Source of the DNA: Chiloscyllium plagiosum
Lineage: Eukaryota
Direction: 5' to 3'
DNA length: 64,000 bases
Assembly (NCBI RefSeq): GCF_004010195.1
Contig: NC_057760.1
Location: forward strand, 2,146,343 to 2,210,342
Program-made: the position numbers and the translations under genes
Shown: positions 1-12,498 of the stretch, piece by piece
Numbering within the stretch: position 1 is the first letter of the stretch
Layout: each line of letters begins with the position of its first letter
The notes under the pieces: generated by a model
Database searches by the model: none
The model's input: the letters and a program-made list of their open reading frames with translations, nothing else
What the model was told of the DNA's origin: nothing

Positions 1-660
1 GGGGTTCTTTCCTATGACACCCGGCGGCCCCCCCCCCCCAAACCCTCTCAACTTTTCTTCCCCAAACGCCAAGACACGCGGGGGTGGGGTTTCCAAAGCC
101 GTTAAGGCGGGCGTTCCGACCCCGCCCACACGCCCCTGGGGCGCACGCGCGGACGTCGAGACCACGCCTCCCCGCCGCCCATGCCACGCCCGATTCCACG
201 AAACCCCGCCCACACATCGCGCCGTTTTCACTCAAACCCCGCCTCCGTTGACGCCGCGCCCACTAACCCTCGTGCCCCGCCCACTTGCCCTCTAATCCAG
301 TCACGCCCCTTCACCCTCAGCACACGCCCACTCTTCAACAGCCGCGCCCATTCGCCCTCTGACACGCGCCCCCTTTTCAACGATCCCGCCCCTTTCGGTT
401 CAGGACACGCCCTCCTTCAACAATCCCGCCCCTTTCTCTTAAGGACGCGCCCACCTTCAACAATCCCGCCCCTTTCTCTTAAGGACACGCCCTCCTTCAA
501 CAATCCCGCCCCTTTCTCTTAAGGACACGCCCTCATTCAACAATCCCGCCCCTTTCTCTTAAGGACACGCCCCCTTGCGACAAACTCCCGCCCATCCCTT
601 CCCCTCAGAACACGCCCCCTTTTCGAATCATATGATCCCTCCTGTGAGGAGTCCATTCGG
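1..660. promoter_or_regulatory. CpG/GC-rich region with a 40-bp tandem repeat of GC boxes; probable promoter of the next gene to the left
   Basis: High CpG; unit CAATCCCGCCCCTTTCTCTTAAGGACACGCCCTCCTTCAA x~5.5 at 361-600. Confidence 0.5.
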
Positions 661-1129
661 CCCCTCACGCTTACCACTGACCCTCCAAAGCCATCCCACC
701 CAGCCCCAGAACACCATCCACTCCGCATTAGCCCACCTTTTATCATGACCCCTTTCCCCATGGGATTTGAACCACTGGCTGATGTTCAAACACCCCACCG
801 CCTAGTTTTCACAGACCAGCTTCCCAAAATGTGATCAATATCCCCGTGATTGGTTGTGAAGTGCTGGGTGAGAGATTAACGGCCATGCCATGGCGAACTT
901 GCCTGCTCTTCTTCAAAATAAGAGTCGAGAGCGTGGTGCTGGTAAAGCACATCCCGCTGAAGAGCATATGCTTGAAACGTCAATTCTCCTGCTCCTCGGA
1001 CGCTGCCTGACCAGCAACACCCTCAGAGTCTGATCTCCAGCGCTTACTTTCTCCCTTCTTCAAAATAAGGCGGCGCGCGAAATTGTCAGCCAACCATCCG
1101 GACGACACGATAGCACCATGGGCAATTCA

Positions 1130-1620
1130 GTGCTGAACCCTCAGCGCTGCACCTCCGACAGTACGGTGCTCCCGACACAGTGCGGCCTCCCTCAGCACCG
1201 ACTCTCCGACCGTGTGGCATTCCTGCAGCACTGACCCTACGAGAGTGCTGCACTCCCAAAGCACTGACTGTCCAACTGGGAGGCTCTCCCTCAGCACTGA
1301 CCCGACAATAGGGCAGCTTTGCCAAAGCACTGACCCTCCAACAATGCAGTGCACCCATCAGCACTGACCCTCTGATAGTATCTACTCCCTCAGCGCTGAC
1401 CTTTTGTGCAGTAGGGCACTCCTTCAGCACTGACCGTCTGACAGTGCCCACTCTGTCAACACGGACTATGACAGTAGCTGCTGCCTCAGTCGAGGCCCTT
1501 GGGCAGTGCGGCACTCACAAAGCACTGACCCTCCAACAATGCAGCACTCCCACAGCACTTACTCTCCAACAGTGCAGCACTGAACATCCAACAATGCTAG
1601 CTCCCTCAGAACTCATCCAC
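1130..1620 (+). repeat. Degenerate ~32-bp minisatellite (CAGCACTGACCCTCCGACAGTGCAGCACTCCCT-like)
   Basis: Repeated cagcactgaccc motif; related units at 53988-54080 and, inverted, at 11210-11385. Confidence 0.75.
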
Positions 1621-1659
1621 CAACAGTACAGCCCAGCCCAGCCCCCCCCCCGCCAAACA

Positions 1660-1981
1660 GGGTGGCACAATGACTCAGTGGCTAGCATTGCCACCTCAGC
1701 ACCAGGCTCAATTCTAGCCTTAGGTATGCATCTGTGACATTTACACATTCTCCCCATGTCTGTGTGGGTTTTCTCTGGGTGCTCCAGTTTCCTCCCACAG
1801 TCCAGAGGTGTACAGGTTAGGATGGATTGGCTATGCTAAAATGCTCATAGCCTCTATATGAACTAGCCATGGGAAATGCAGGGTTATAGGGTAGGGGAAT
1901 GGGTCTGAGTGGGATGCTCTTCAGAGGGAGGGTGTGGACTCAATGGGTCAAATGGCCTGCTTCCACACTGTAGGGATTCTG
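1660..1981 (+). mobile_element. HE1-type tRNA-derived V-SINE
   Basis: tRNA-like head, V-domain (gtgctccagtttcctcccacagtcc), CR1-type tail (aatggcctgcttccacactgtagggattct). Confidence 0.8.
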
Positions 1982-3061
1982 TCAGGGCTGACCCTTTGAC
2001 AGCGTGGCACCCCATAAGTATGTTATTGCACAACTGCCAACTCAGCATAGATTCTGGATTAGTGATGCTGGAAGAGCACAGAAGTTCAGGCAGCATCCAA
2101 GGAGCAGCGAAATCGACGTTTCGGGCAAAAGCCCTTCATCAGGATAGAGTCATAGAGTCCACAAGCATGATGGGACTACTACTAACTGACACGATGTAGA
2201 CAAGATTTCAAGACTGGGGGCATATGTTTAGAGTGACACAAGAAAGACTTAGAAAAGTCACAGGGGCATCCTTTTCTTCTCCTCAAAGAGTGGTCCGTGT
2301 GTGGAATAAAGTTCCGGAGGAAGTGGTTACAAGGTTTAAAAGACATTTAGATAAGTACATAAGTAAGAAATATTTGGAGGAATATGGGCCAAAAGCAGGC
2401 AGGTGGGACTAGTTTAGCTTGGAATTATGTTCGGCCTGGACTGGTTGGACTGAAAGGTCTGTTTATGTGCTGTCTGACTCATTTTTTCAAAAAAATACTG
2501 GTTCACGGATGGGGATCGGGTTAGTTTTAAATTTCCTGGGAAAAGCAGTTCCTTGTTCTAAAATCTAACGGAAGAAAGCATCGAGTTGATCTGCGTAATT
2601 TCCACAGGCGCTGGTATTTGTTTTGCAGGTTAATTCATTCTGGCCCACCCGATCAGATTAGCCTTTCCAGCCATGACAATGTGATGCCCTGTTGCCTCAA
2701 CCACGAATGCAGCACTCACCTGAGAACCTAGCTCGATACAGGCAGGGTGTATTGCAAAGATCGAATATGGGATCTTGCTGCTCAGTGGCGCAGGCAGCCA
2801 TGGACAGATTGCTGTCAGGCAAGGCCACCTGATAGAGGCCAGCCGTGATCCAAGGAACAGGGACATGATCAGGTTCCAGGGTCGAATGATCTCTTCGCTC
2901 TCCCACGCTAAGACAGTACAGACCCCAATGACAAGAGGCCACCCAGGCAGATGTGGAGCTGTTCAGGTATGTTGAAAAGCAAGGATGAATGGCAACTACA
3001 GAAATTTGAGAGAACATCATGGAAAACCAACTATGGACTCCACTTATACTTCCCATTGTTG

Positions 3062-3395
3062 CGGAAAGCCTGCCAACATCAAAGACCACTCTCCCACCCC
3101 GGTAATGCTCTCTTCCAACCTCATCAGTCTGGCAGAAGATACAGGAGCTTGAACACACGCACCAGCAGATTCAGGAACAGCTTCTTCCCTGTTATGAGAC
3201 TGCTGAATGGATCGATCTCACTTCAAGTAATGTTGATCTTGCTTTGTGCCCCTCCTGTGCAGCTGTGACCCCTGTGTGTCTCGCTCTGTCCAAGCTCCCC
3301 AGGATCTCCATGTCCCTGTTTGCTATGATCTGCCTGTACTGCTCGCAAAACAAAACCTTTCACTGTACTTAGGCGCACGTGACTACAATAAAATG
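3062..3395 (+). mobile_element. 3' fragment of a Rex1/Babar-like non-LTR retrotransposon
   Basis: Encodes SGRRYRSLNTRTSRFRNSFFP; second very similar copy at 50107-50445. Confidence 0.65.
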
Positions 3396-3474
3396 AAGAG
3401 GCAACTGCTACATTGCTGCTGAGGACACAGACTTCAGTACACTACACTGACACTTTAGAAAAAAATAATTAGTC

Positions 3475-3480
3475 TTTATT
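3475..3480 (-). terminator. Candidate PRPF3 polyadenylation signal (AATAAA)
   Basis: tttatt on + strand, followed on - strand by U-rich and GU-rich sequence; would give a ~2.4 kb 3'UTR. Not verifiable without transcripts. Confidence 0.45.
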
Positions 3481-5852
3481 ATGAAACTCCGAGCTGTAAC
3501 CCTCTACAGCACAAATCGTATCTGAGCAGCTTCTCTTCTTTTTACAGGCCGTTGACACAGATTCTCGCTTGAAAGGTAACAATGGCTGTTAATGGGAGAT
3601 TATTCAGGTCGAGCACAGAACAGGATATAATGAGGGGGTCACCTTAATACCAGCACTTGTCAGCGTTCCAAATTCAGGATATGGTAGAGCTGCAACAATT
3701 TCACACAGGAGATATCACCCCCCAGAGTCAGCATGAAATCATCTCACTGCAGTTACAGCACAGGGTTAGATAGAGTCAAGCTCCCTCTACAGTATTCCCC
3801 CTCCCAGGACAGAGGCGGCAATGGGTTACATAATAAGTAAAGTTTTATCTACACTATCTTCTCCCCCCCCCACTGCCAATCCAAAGCCCCCAAGAGAGGG
3901 GCAGCAGGGAATTAGATATAGAATAAAGGCTCCTCTACATTGTTCCCATCCAACATTCCCAGGATAGGTGAGACATGAGGTTAGATAAAACAGTCATGTT
4001 CTGTGACTCAAAGAAATAATCCACCTTAACCTCAGTGTTAGGAACAGAACCACTACAGCTGACAGAGGTCTCACAAAGCTCCTTGGTCCTCTCCAGTTCG
4101 AGGTGCAGTAAACTTCCATGAGCAAACAGGGCTGTGGCTCTCCTCAGAACGAGGGGCAATGAGCCATCAGACCAGAGAGATTTACATCTCACTTCTCTGT
4201 GGCAACGTCAGGGTCACTCCACTGCAGCTAGTACTCACCTGTCAACCAGAATACCTCGCCATCAGCAGACAGGACAAACAGAACAAAAACACGTCAAGGC
4301 CCAAGTGCGGGGGAGGGGGAGGGGGGCGCCCACGAGAGAGAGAGAGAGAGAGNNNNNNNNNNNNNNNNNNNNNNNNNNNNNNNNNNNNNNNNNNNNNNNN
4401 NNNNNNNNNNNNNNNNNNNNNNNNNNNNNNNNNNNNNNNNNNNNNNNNNNNNNNNNNNNNNNNNNNNNNNNNNNNNNNNNNNNNNNNNNNNNNNNNNNNN
4501 NNNNNNNNNNNNNNNNNNNNNNNNNNNNNNNNNNNNNNNNNNNNNNNNNNNNNNNNNNNNNNNNNNNNNNNNNNNNNNNNNNNNNNNNNNNNNNNNNNNN
4601 NNNNNNNNNNNNNNNNNNNNNNNNNNNNNNNNNNNNNNNNNNNNNNNNNNNNNNNNNNNNNNNNNNNNNNNNNNNNNNNNNNNNNNNNNNNNNNNNNNNN
4701 NNNNNNNNNNNNNNNNNNNNNNNNNNNNNNNNNNNNNNNNNNNNNNNNNNNNNNNNNNNNNNNNNNNNNNNNNNNNNNNNNNNNNNNNNNNNNNGGCGGG
4801 AGAGGAAGGAAGGAAGGAAGGGAGAGAAAGAGAGAGAGAGAAATAAAGAAAGAGAGAGAGAAATAAAGAAAGAGAGAGAGAGGGAGAAAGGAATAAAAGA
4901 GAGGGAGAGAGAAAGTGAGCATGCAAGGTAAAAAGGGAGATGAATGACTTTCTGGGGAAAAGGACTGCAAACCGAAGGTCGGGAATGACATATTGCAATG
5001 CACTCATCACTGAACTTGAATAGAATGAGGGTCTCAAGCCTCAGCCCTGGCTGGAATAAAATACCAAAACTTTCTGATCAACCTTCTAAACCGAATTTGT
5101 CCTAAAGGTATTCAGTGGGTAAAAGTGACATGGATCATTCCAGAAACCTGTTTGACCGACCTCAACAAAGGCAGGTGCCAATTTCTTTTACAGGGGTGAA
5201 GATTCTTTCCGGGCGGGGGAGGGGGGGAGGAGGAGAGAAAATGATCACACCGACCCCACGACCTTTCTGCCCCCCCCCACCCCCCTACCAACCCCAGTCT
5301 CTGCTCTCTCCACTTGTTTTACTTGTAACAAACATGCAAACCAGGGTGGACAGCGCCAGGGAAGCAGCTGGTTCCTAACAGGATCCCCCCGGCTCCAAAG
5401 AGACTAGAAGCTGTTCGGAAAACAATTGAGCTCAAAAGCATCAGAATCGTCAAAATGGACCGGAATAGGGATTATGAGAACCCCTTTCTCTTTTCATGCT
5501 GTGACTGGCCACTGTATCACATTTGTAACGCTCAATATTACTTTCCCCGGCAGATGTAAGCACTGTCAGAAAGGACTGCACATCTTTCCAGTCTCCTACA
5601 TGCTCTGGCGACACGATAGCTGTACGGAGAATGGCGTGTACAAGAGAATAGCGGTACCTATATCTGGAGGCAATATTCAATTCCTGCATTTTGGATCAGA
5701 GAGCCCTGGAGCTCTTGGCTTCCTCCCAGCCCTAGACGAAAGCCCGTCTCACACCAAGACACCATCTCCTCTCACCCTCCCAAGCCCAACACCCGTGAAA
5801 AATCCAAAATGGCCACAGACAGTTGGAAGACACGGAGCGGAATGCTGCCACC

Positions 5853-6002
5853 TCAGTCCTCTGTAACCTCCAGCACCGATTCACTGATGGCTAGGTCCCA
5901 GTACTGCTCCACTCCGTGTTTCTTGAAATGCTCCCGTGCCATGCTCTCTGTCGGACACTGTTTGAATTTCATGTCGCCAAAACTCCTCTCCTTCGCCGTT
6001 CC
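5853..6002 (-). CDS. PRPF3: PRPF3 last coding exon ([49 protein letters not shown])
   Basis: 150 nt ending in TGA; all 15 exons sum to 2055 nt = 684 aa + stop. Confidence 0.97.
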   Translation of the reverse strand, partial: GTAKERSFGDMKFKQCPTESMAREHFKKHGVEQYWDLAISESVLEVTED

Positions 6003-6731
6003 CTGGTTTGACAGGAGAGAAAAAGGAGGCAGGGGTGTCACACACAAATAGCTCCGTGTGTCAGAATCAAGACCCCGGAGAGCAGTTGCTGAACCCCGTG
6101 TCAGTGCTCCCTCATGCCAACGACAAAAATCAAGGCAAGTCCTGAAAATGACAACCCACCACTTGATGACTTGCATCGATGTAAGCAGTTTTAGCGTCCC
6201 ACAGAAGTGCACCCAAATTTAATTTGACACCGAGTCACTTGAGGGATGGCTATGGAAAGAGGTCAGGTTCTTGAAGGGGAAGAGAGCATGAGCTGGGGAG
6301 GGGCAGCGCCAGCGGGGGAGACAGCGCGGGCAGAGCAGAGGTTTCGGAAGGTGATTCCAGAGCTTGGGGCTGAGGTGCAGAAATCGTGTGACGAGCAAGG
6401 GTCCAGAATTGGGTCTCCGAAAGGCCGCAGAGGCTGAAGTTACAGCAAATACACTACTTAATTAAATACATCAATTAGCAGCATCGTCAAAGGCTTTGGA
6501 GAGGTGTGGCTGGTCGACACAGGCAGGCAGCTGCTCCAGTTCGACTCAGTGTCATCAGCCTGAGGGAGTCGGGCCAGCCTGGGCTTCCAGAGACTCCGCT
6601 GAGCAGACAGGCTCAGTTTCAGGTGGTGGCCAAGTCACCCCCGGCTCTGGTTTTCAAACAAAGGGGACAAGCCATCAGGCCGGGAAGCTGTGGGGTCACA
6701 GGGAGCTGTAATTGATGAAAACACGGCTTAC

Positions 6732-6793
6732 CTCCCACACCAGCACACACTTGTTCACCTTCTTCACAACCTCATCGTCTGATCCGTCTTCGT
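6732..6793 (-). CDS. PRPF3: PRPF3 coding exon 14 (DEDGSDDEVVKKVNKCVLVWE)
   Basis: 62 nt; AG/GT; NKCVLVWE motif. Confidence 0.95.
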
Positions 6794-6929
6794 CTGAGAG
6801 GGTGGAAGGGCAAAAACACACTATTACAAGCCCGGGCTTAACTCGCTCCAAACACTGAGCTGCAAGCACCCAACATCCTGGTCCTTTGACTACCTTCCCT
6901 GTACACCGCACAGAAGGTGCCCGCACTCA

Positions 6930-7730
6930 AATGCAACGAGATCTGGACGATACCTCCAGGCTTGGGCTGACAAGTGGCAAGTAATATTCGCGACACAAAA
7001 ATGCCAGGTAATGACCATCACCAATAGGAGACACTAACCACCGCCCCATGACATTCAACGGTATTCCATCACTGAATCCCCATTGTCAACATCCTTGGAG
7101 TTACCATTGACCAGAAACTCACCACAGTGACCAGTGGCTACAAGAGCAGATCAGAGACTAGGGATACTGCGACAAGTAACTCACCTCCTGACACCCCAAA
7201 GTCTATCCACCATTTACAAGGCACAAGTCAGGATTAGGATGGAATATTTCCCGCTTGCCCTGGACGGGTGCAGCTCCAACATCACAAGAAGCTTGACACC
7301 ATCCAGGACTAAGCAACCTGCTCGATTGGCACATCTACAAAACATTCAATCCCTCCACCTCCTAGCAGCAGTGTGTATTATCGACAAGATGCACTGCAGA
7401 AATTCAAAGATCCTGAGACAGCACCTTCCAAACCCACGACCACTTCCACCTAGAAGGACAAGGGGCTGCAGGTACGTGGGAACACCCACCTGCAAGTTCC
7501 CCTCAAAGCCACTCACCACCTTGACTTGGAAATATAACCGCCATTCCTTCACAGTCATTAGATCAAGATCCTGGAATTCCCGCCTACCGGCATTGTGGGT
7601 CAACCCACAGCAGGTGGACTGCAGTGATTCAAGAAGGCAGCTCACCACCCCCCCCACCTTCTCAAGGGACAAAGAGGGATGGGCTATCAATGCTGGCCAG
7701 CCAGTGTCGCCCAAGTCCCACAAATGAACC
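6930..7730 (+). mobile_element. Degenerate CR1/L2-group LINE RT C-terminal fragment
   Basis: QRLGILRQVTHLLTPQSLSTIYKAQVR..MEY with frameshifts; related copies at ~13770-15120 and ~16250-16620. Confidence 0.7.
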
Positions 7731-7909
7731 AAAACAAATTCAGCCTCTCATGTTTACGTCTCAGAGCTTTACCATTCCCTTTCACTGTGTCCCCCTGCTC
7801 TCTTTACATGCTGTAGACTTCAGCAGGTCTGTGTCCTGCCCCTTCAGACCGCATCCCCGCTGGAGTTCCTCCCGGAGGAGGGAAGCACGGAACCAACATC
7901 ATGACTCAC

Positions 7910-7993
7910 CGTCGTCTCGAGAAGTGGCAGTCTGCTCAGCCCACTTTATACGATGCAGCATCAGACGCTTGAATTTCTTCTGTGCTTTGGGAC
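7910..7993 (-). CDS. PRPF3: PRPF3 coding exon 13 ([28 protein letters not shown])
   Basis: 84 nt; AG/GT. Confidence 0.96.
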
Positions 7994-8207
7994 CTGATTG
8001 GAGAGGAGAGGAGAGGACAGCCTTGAAAACTGGGAATCGCAGCTTTTAACAACACTCCCTCTCTGCCCACAGACACACTTCAAAAGGTGCAGAGAAGGGG
8101 CAGCATCACCATCTCCTGCACTCACAGCAGCATTACTCCCAATACCCTGATCCCAGCAAGAACCCTTTTAAAACTGAAGGTCCCTCGACTCATCTAAAAC
8201 AAACAGG

Positions 8208-8750
8208 ATCTGGACCAGATGGGCCGAGAAGTGGCAGATGGAGCTTAATTCAGATAAATGTGAGGTGCTGCATTTTGGGAAAGCAAATCTTAGCAGGACT
8301 TATACACTTAATGGTAAGGTCCTAGGGAGTGGGGCTGTTTTCCCTGGAGTGTCGGAGGCTGAGGGGTGGCCTGATAGAGGTTTACAAAATCATGAGGGGC
8401 ATGGATAGGGTAAATAGGCAAAGTCTTTTCCCTGGGGTCAGGGAGTCCAGAACTAGAGGGTATAGGTTTAGGGTGAGAGGGAAAAGATATAAAAGAGACC
8501 TAAGGGGCAACTTTTTCACACAGAGGGTGGTACGTGTATGGAATGAGCTGCCAGAGGAAATGGTGGAGGCTGGTACAATTGCAACATTTAAGAGGCATTT
8601 GGATGGGTATACGAATAGGAACAGTTTGGAGGGATACGGACCGGGTGCTGTCAGGTGGGACTAGATTAGGTTGGGATATCTGGTCAGCATGGACGGGTTG
8701 GACCGAAGGGTCTGTTTCCATGCTGTACATCTCTATGACTTTATAACTCT
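8208..8750 (+). mobile_element. CR1 (HER1-type) LINE 3' end
   Basis: LFSLECRRLRGGLIEVYKIMRG...FFTQRVVRVWNELP; ctctatgact tail. Confidence 0.85.
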
Positions 8751-8875
8751 AAAAGTTAAGATGCCTTTACACAGTCGCCATCAAATTCCTGGACAGACAC
8801 AGCTTGGGATTACAGACATAGTAAAGCCCCCGTACTCTTCTGAACTACAATCAAAGCTGTCTCTACACTATCCAC

Positions 8876-9108
8876 TATCAAACACCCCAGGGACAGGGAC
8901 AGCACGGGGTTAGATACAGAGTAAAGCTCCCTCTACACTGTCCCCCCCCAATCAAACACTCCCCAGGACAGGGTTAGATACAGAGTAAAGCTTCCTCTAC
9001 ACTGTTCCCCCCATCAAACACTCCCAGAATAGGGACAGCATGGGGTTAGATACAGAGTAAAGCTCCCTGTACACTGTCCCCCATCAAACCCTCCCAGGAC
9101 AGGGACAG
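8876..9108 (+). repeat. ~70-bp minisatellite (catcaaacactcccaggacagggacagcacggggttagatacagagtaaagctccctctacactgtccc)
   Basis: ~3.5 copies; same unit at 17203-17653; degenerate at 3750-3990. Confidence 0.85.
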
Positions 9109-9160
9109 GATGGCCTGAAACTCAGGGCACCAACACAAACTCAGCCCAAATCTTCCTCAC

Positions 9161-9279
9161 CTCCCTCTACCACCACCACGTTAACATCTTTGTGCAGGAC
9201 TACAGTTCCCGTCAGGTACAGCTGCCCCGCATTGGTTTCCACTTTGAACTTCTTCGCTGAGTTGCTCAGGTTTCGGATT
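9161..9279 (-). CDS. PRPF3: PRPF3 coding exon 12 ([39 protein letters not shown])
   Basis: Hand-translated; C-terminal ferredoxin-like domain; 119 nt; AG/GT. Confidence 0.96.
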
Positions 9280-9986
9280 CTGAAATTAGCAGAGGATCAG
9301 TTAGGGCAATTCCACAGCAGTTTTCAGTGGGGACGATGCCCTACAGATTAACATTAAACATATACAGAGTGTCATAAATCTGTGCTGTCAGAGGGTCAGC
9401 GCCGAGGGACGCGACGCACCGGGAGTAAAGTTCAAAAGCGTTTGCTGGCAGCGAATACACAAATAGCTTTGCGAATTGTTGCCAGAGCTAATCAGACAGT
9501 GACATCCTAAAGCTCTTCGGCTTCGATGTGCATCGCAGCTCCCACCGCTGCTCCAACAACGTGCACGACCAGACATAACATGTTGAAAGTAACGGCAAAC
9601 CCATTGATGCCTGGCAGGAGGTGCCGTCCCTGGACTAGCACCGAGTCAGGCAGATTGAGGGTAGGCTCGACTGCCAGCAATGGGCTGACCCCAGCTGAAC
9701 CAGGGCAGCCGTAGTGGGGGAGCAGCAGGTATGCAGGGCTGGCAGAGGGAGCGAGGGGGCATTGGAAATCCCTGGCACAGGATCACCATTCAGCTCAGCA
9801 CCCACACCCTGCTGGACAGGCAGGGCACCTTCAACCCGATGCCCTGGACAGTCGAGCAGACCGTGGGGAGTGCTGACATTTCCGATGGGTACCTCAGGCG
9901 ATGGGGTGGAATAGGCAGCACCCACACAGGGGGGGCAATTCGGAGGGTGAGGAGTGGCAGAGGTGAAACCTCGCGGCCGGACTCAC

Positions 9987-10100
9987 CGGTAGACTGCGAT
10001 GTGGACGCCCAGGGACACGTCTTCCTTCAGCTTCTTGATCTTCTTCTCTCTCCGCTGGTCAGCTGTCAGCTTGCGGGCACTGTTGGCGTCCTGATGAGCC
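9987..10100 (-). CDS. PRPF3: PRPF3 coding exon 11 ([38 protein letters not shown])
   Basis: 114 nt; AG/GT. Confidence 0.96.
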
Positions 10101-10586
10101 CTGCAACGAAACACGGGGTCACCCAAGGCCTGCGACACTCCACCCAGCTGGTTTCTTGAGCCAGCCCTTGCCTTCCGCTGCCTCAGAGGCTGCGGCTCAC
10201 TCTCGCCACGAACTCTCCCCCTCCAACACAACTCCAGCCCACTCACCGCCCGGCAGTCAGCTGCACTCCTGCCCTCTGAGCCCACGCTCGCCTCCCTCCC
10301 AGGGAGCAGGAACAGCACAAACCCCTGCTGGGATCACCAATTCAAGGACAAACCCATCCCCCCCCCCCCCGCGCCACCACTTCTGACGATGGGTTGGTGA
10401 GGTAGCCTGCCCGCTGGTCCCTGACCGCGAAGTCATTTTCCCAGCAACCTCATCGCATGCACCAATCTGACTCGCGTACCATCCACTAGCCTCTGCTCTC
10501 TCCTACCCTCGCTAACTGTTCATCCTTGCAATCCCTCAGGCCCATTCAGCTTTCCCTGCACCCCCCCCCCCCCCCACAACACTTAC

Positions 10587-10686
10587 TTTAACCTCTTGGC
10601 CATCTGTGCCCTGACGTGAGCCTCCACCTTGGTTGGATCCTGCACAGCTTCTGTCCCGAGAACCCGCATCAGGTTGGAGATCCGCA
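10587..10686 (-). CDS. PRPF3: PRPF3 coding exon 10 ([34 protein letters not shown])
   Basis: Highly conserved Prp3 segment; 100 nt; preceded by a 105-nt intron. Confidence 0.97.
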
Positions 10687-10791
10687 CTGTGGGGAGACAA
10701 AGGAGGCCCCGATGTGAGGAAGGGGGACAGAGATCTGGTGGGTGGGAGTGGGGGATAAAAGAAAAGCGAGACAGTTCCACTGGCTGCTTAC

Positions 10792-10935
10792 CCTTTGGCT
10801 CAGGAGGAGGCATGAGCCCCAGACGTATCTTCTCCTGCATCTCCTTCAGGCCCTCCCGCCGAGTCTGTCGTCGCAGCTTCTTCTGCTCCTTCTTGGTCAG
10901 GTAAACACCAAGCGTCACCGGCTTGTCTGTGTCAA
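10792..10935 (-). CDS. PRPF3: PRPF3 coding exon 9 ([28 protein letters not shown]...[10 protein letters not shown])
   Basis: Prp3 domain motif; 144 nt; AG/GT. Confidence 0.97.
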
Positions 10936-11209
10936 CTGTGCACACACAACGTGGAGGGGGTGGACAGACAAAGACGGTCAGTCAGCCAGAGCCAGACCAT
11001 TGGGCTCTCTCCAGCAGCCACCCTGCTCACGCAGAGGATGCTCCACAGATAAAACCCCACGTGGCCACGCAGCCAGCGTGCCAGCTGCAGCTGTGCACAA
11101 AGGGTGGATGTTCAGTCCCTGACATGTACCCACTCCCTCCTCCACCCAAGCCAGAAGATCGGGCCCCAGATTTGAGCACAAACTCCAGACACACCAATGT
11201 CATCACAGG

Positions 11210-11385
11210 CAGAGCGCCGCACCGTCGGGAGGGAGGGCGCCCAGGCACGGCGCCGCACCGTCGGGAGGGAGGGCGCCCAGGCAGGGCGCCGCACCGTCGG
11301 GAGGGAGGGCGCCCAGGCACAGCGCCGCACCGTCGGGAGGGACGGCGCCCAGGCTCAGCGCCGCACTGTCGGGAGGGACGGCGCT
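11210..11385. repeat. 36-bp GC-rich tandem repeat, ~5 copies (PRPF3 intron)
   Basis: accgtcggga recurs at 11221, 11257, 11293, 11329. Confidence 0.9.
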
Positions 11386-11646
11386 GAGAGAACGCGTCGC
11401 TTGGCCACCACATTTCTTACATCCCTGTATTATTTTGAATGTCCCCCAGTAGCTGTGAAATACTTTGGGTGGACCTGAAAAGCCTGTTCTTTCCCTGTTA
11501 GACATAACTAAAACAGACTAAAACATAGAGACCGACCTCGAGGGGGGAAATGTCCGAACTGGGGAAAGGGTGCGCAGAGCAGAGCAGGGAGTTAAAGCTG
11601 GGGCTGGCCTGCAACGATAACACTCATGCCACCGTGGGGCTCGTAC

Positions 11647-11729
11647 CGGGAGGGCTGATTTGAGTCGGATGCTCCACCAAGTTTGTAATGCCGTGGAAAT
11701 TCTGTTCATTCTTCAGATTCTCCGTTGTC
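11647..11729 (-). CDS. PRPF3: PRPF3 coding exon 8 (TTENLKNEQNFHGITNLVEHPTQISPP)
   Basis: Conserved GITNLVEHP motif; 83 nt; AG/GT, phases fit. Confidence 0.93.
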
Positions 11730-11865
11730 CTGAGCATGCGTTTAAATTCAAAACAGAGGCAGAGAGATACAGAGGAACATCAAGACAAGTGCAATGCTGC
11801 TCGCTCGCTCTCCTTTTTACTCAAGTTATTAACGCAGGTAATTTAGTACGCGACGTGGCTGCCCG

Positions 11866-12111
11866 AGCCAATCCACCCTGACCTGCACATCTTTGGAACT
11901 GTGGGAGGAAACCGGAGCACCCGGAGGAAACCCACGACCCTGACCTGCACATCTTTGGACTGTGGGAGGAAACCGGAGCACCCGGAGGGAACCCACGCAG
12001 ACAGGGGGAGAGTGTGCAAACTCCACACAGTCAGTCGCCCGAGGGTGGAATCGAACCTGGGTCTCTGGCGCTGTGAGGCAGCAGTGCTAACCACTGAGCC
12101 ACCGTGCCGCC
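11866..12111 (-). mobile_element. HE1-type V-SINE with internal duplication
   Basis: Reverse complement of gcggcacggtggctcagtggttagcactgctgcctcacagcgcc head; V-domain segment duplicated. Confidence 0.85.
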
Positions 12112-12331
12112 CACTTAGGGAAAAGGATCAGCAAGCCAGGCAATCGACCAGATTTCACCACGTTTTGTGGGGTTTAAGAGTTGCAAGCGTGTGCACACCG
12201 GTGGATAGCCCAACGACACAGCCGGGAGTTCTCACCCAGGCCACGCCTGCGTTAAGCACCCCACCTCGCCTAGCTGCCTCGAGACTCAGCCCTCAGAACC
12301 TCACTCCCCACCCAGCGTCCAGGCAACTCAC

Positions 12332-12498
12332 AGCTCGATCCCGCTCTGAATGATGTAGGAATCCCACCACTCGATTTCCGGCACCTCGCCCTCCCTCAGC
12401 TCCTTCTTGGGGGCGATCAGTGCCAACTTGGTCGAGGTCTGGATGCCCGTCTTCTTGGCCGCCTGTGCGATTTCGGTCTGCAGTTTCTCCAGCTGCGC
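12332..12498 (-). CDS. PRPF3: PRPF3 coding exon 7 ([50 protein letters not shown]...)
   Basis: Hand-translated (absent from ORF track); conserved IEWWD motif; 167 nt; AG/GT. Confidence 0.95.

Noticed and set aside
4134..5037. ORFs spanning N-gaps (also 19637-20159, 25449-26699, 40469-41243)
   Set aside because: Open only because of N runs
12050..12111. tRNA-like sequence
   Set aside because: It is the tRNA-derived head of a SINE, continuing into the V-domain
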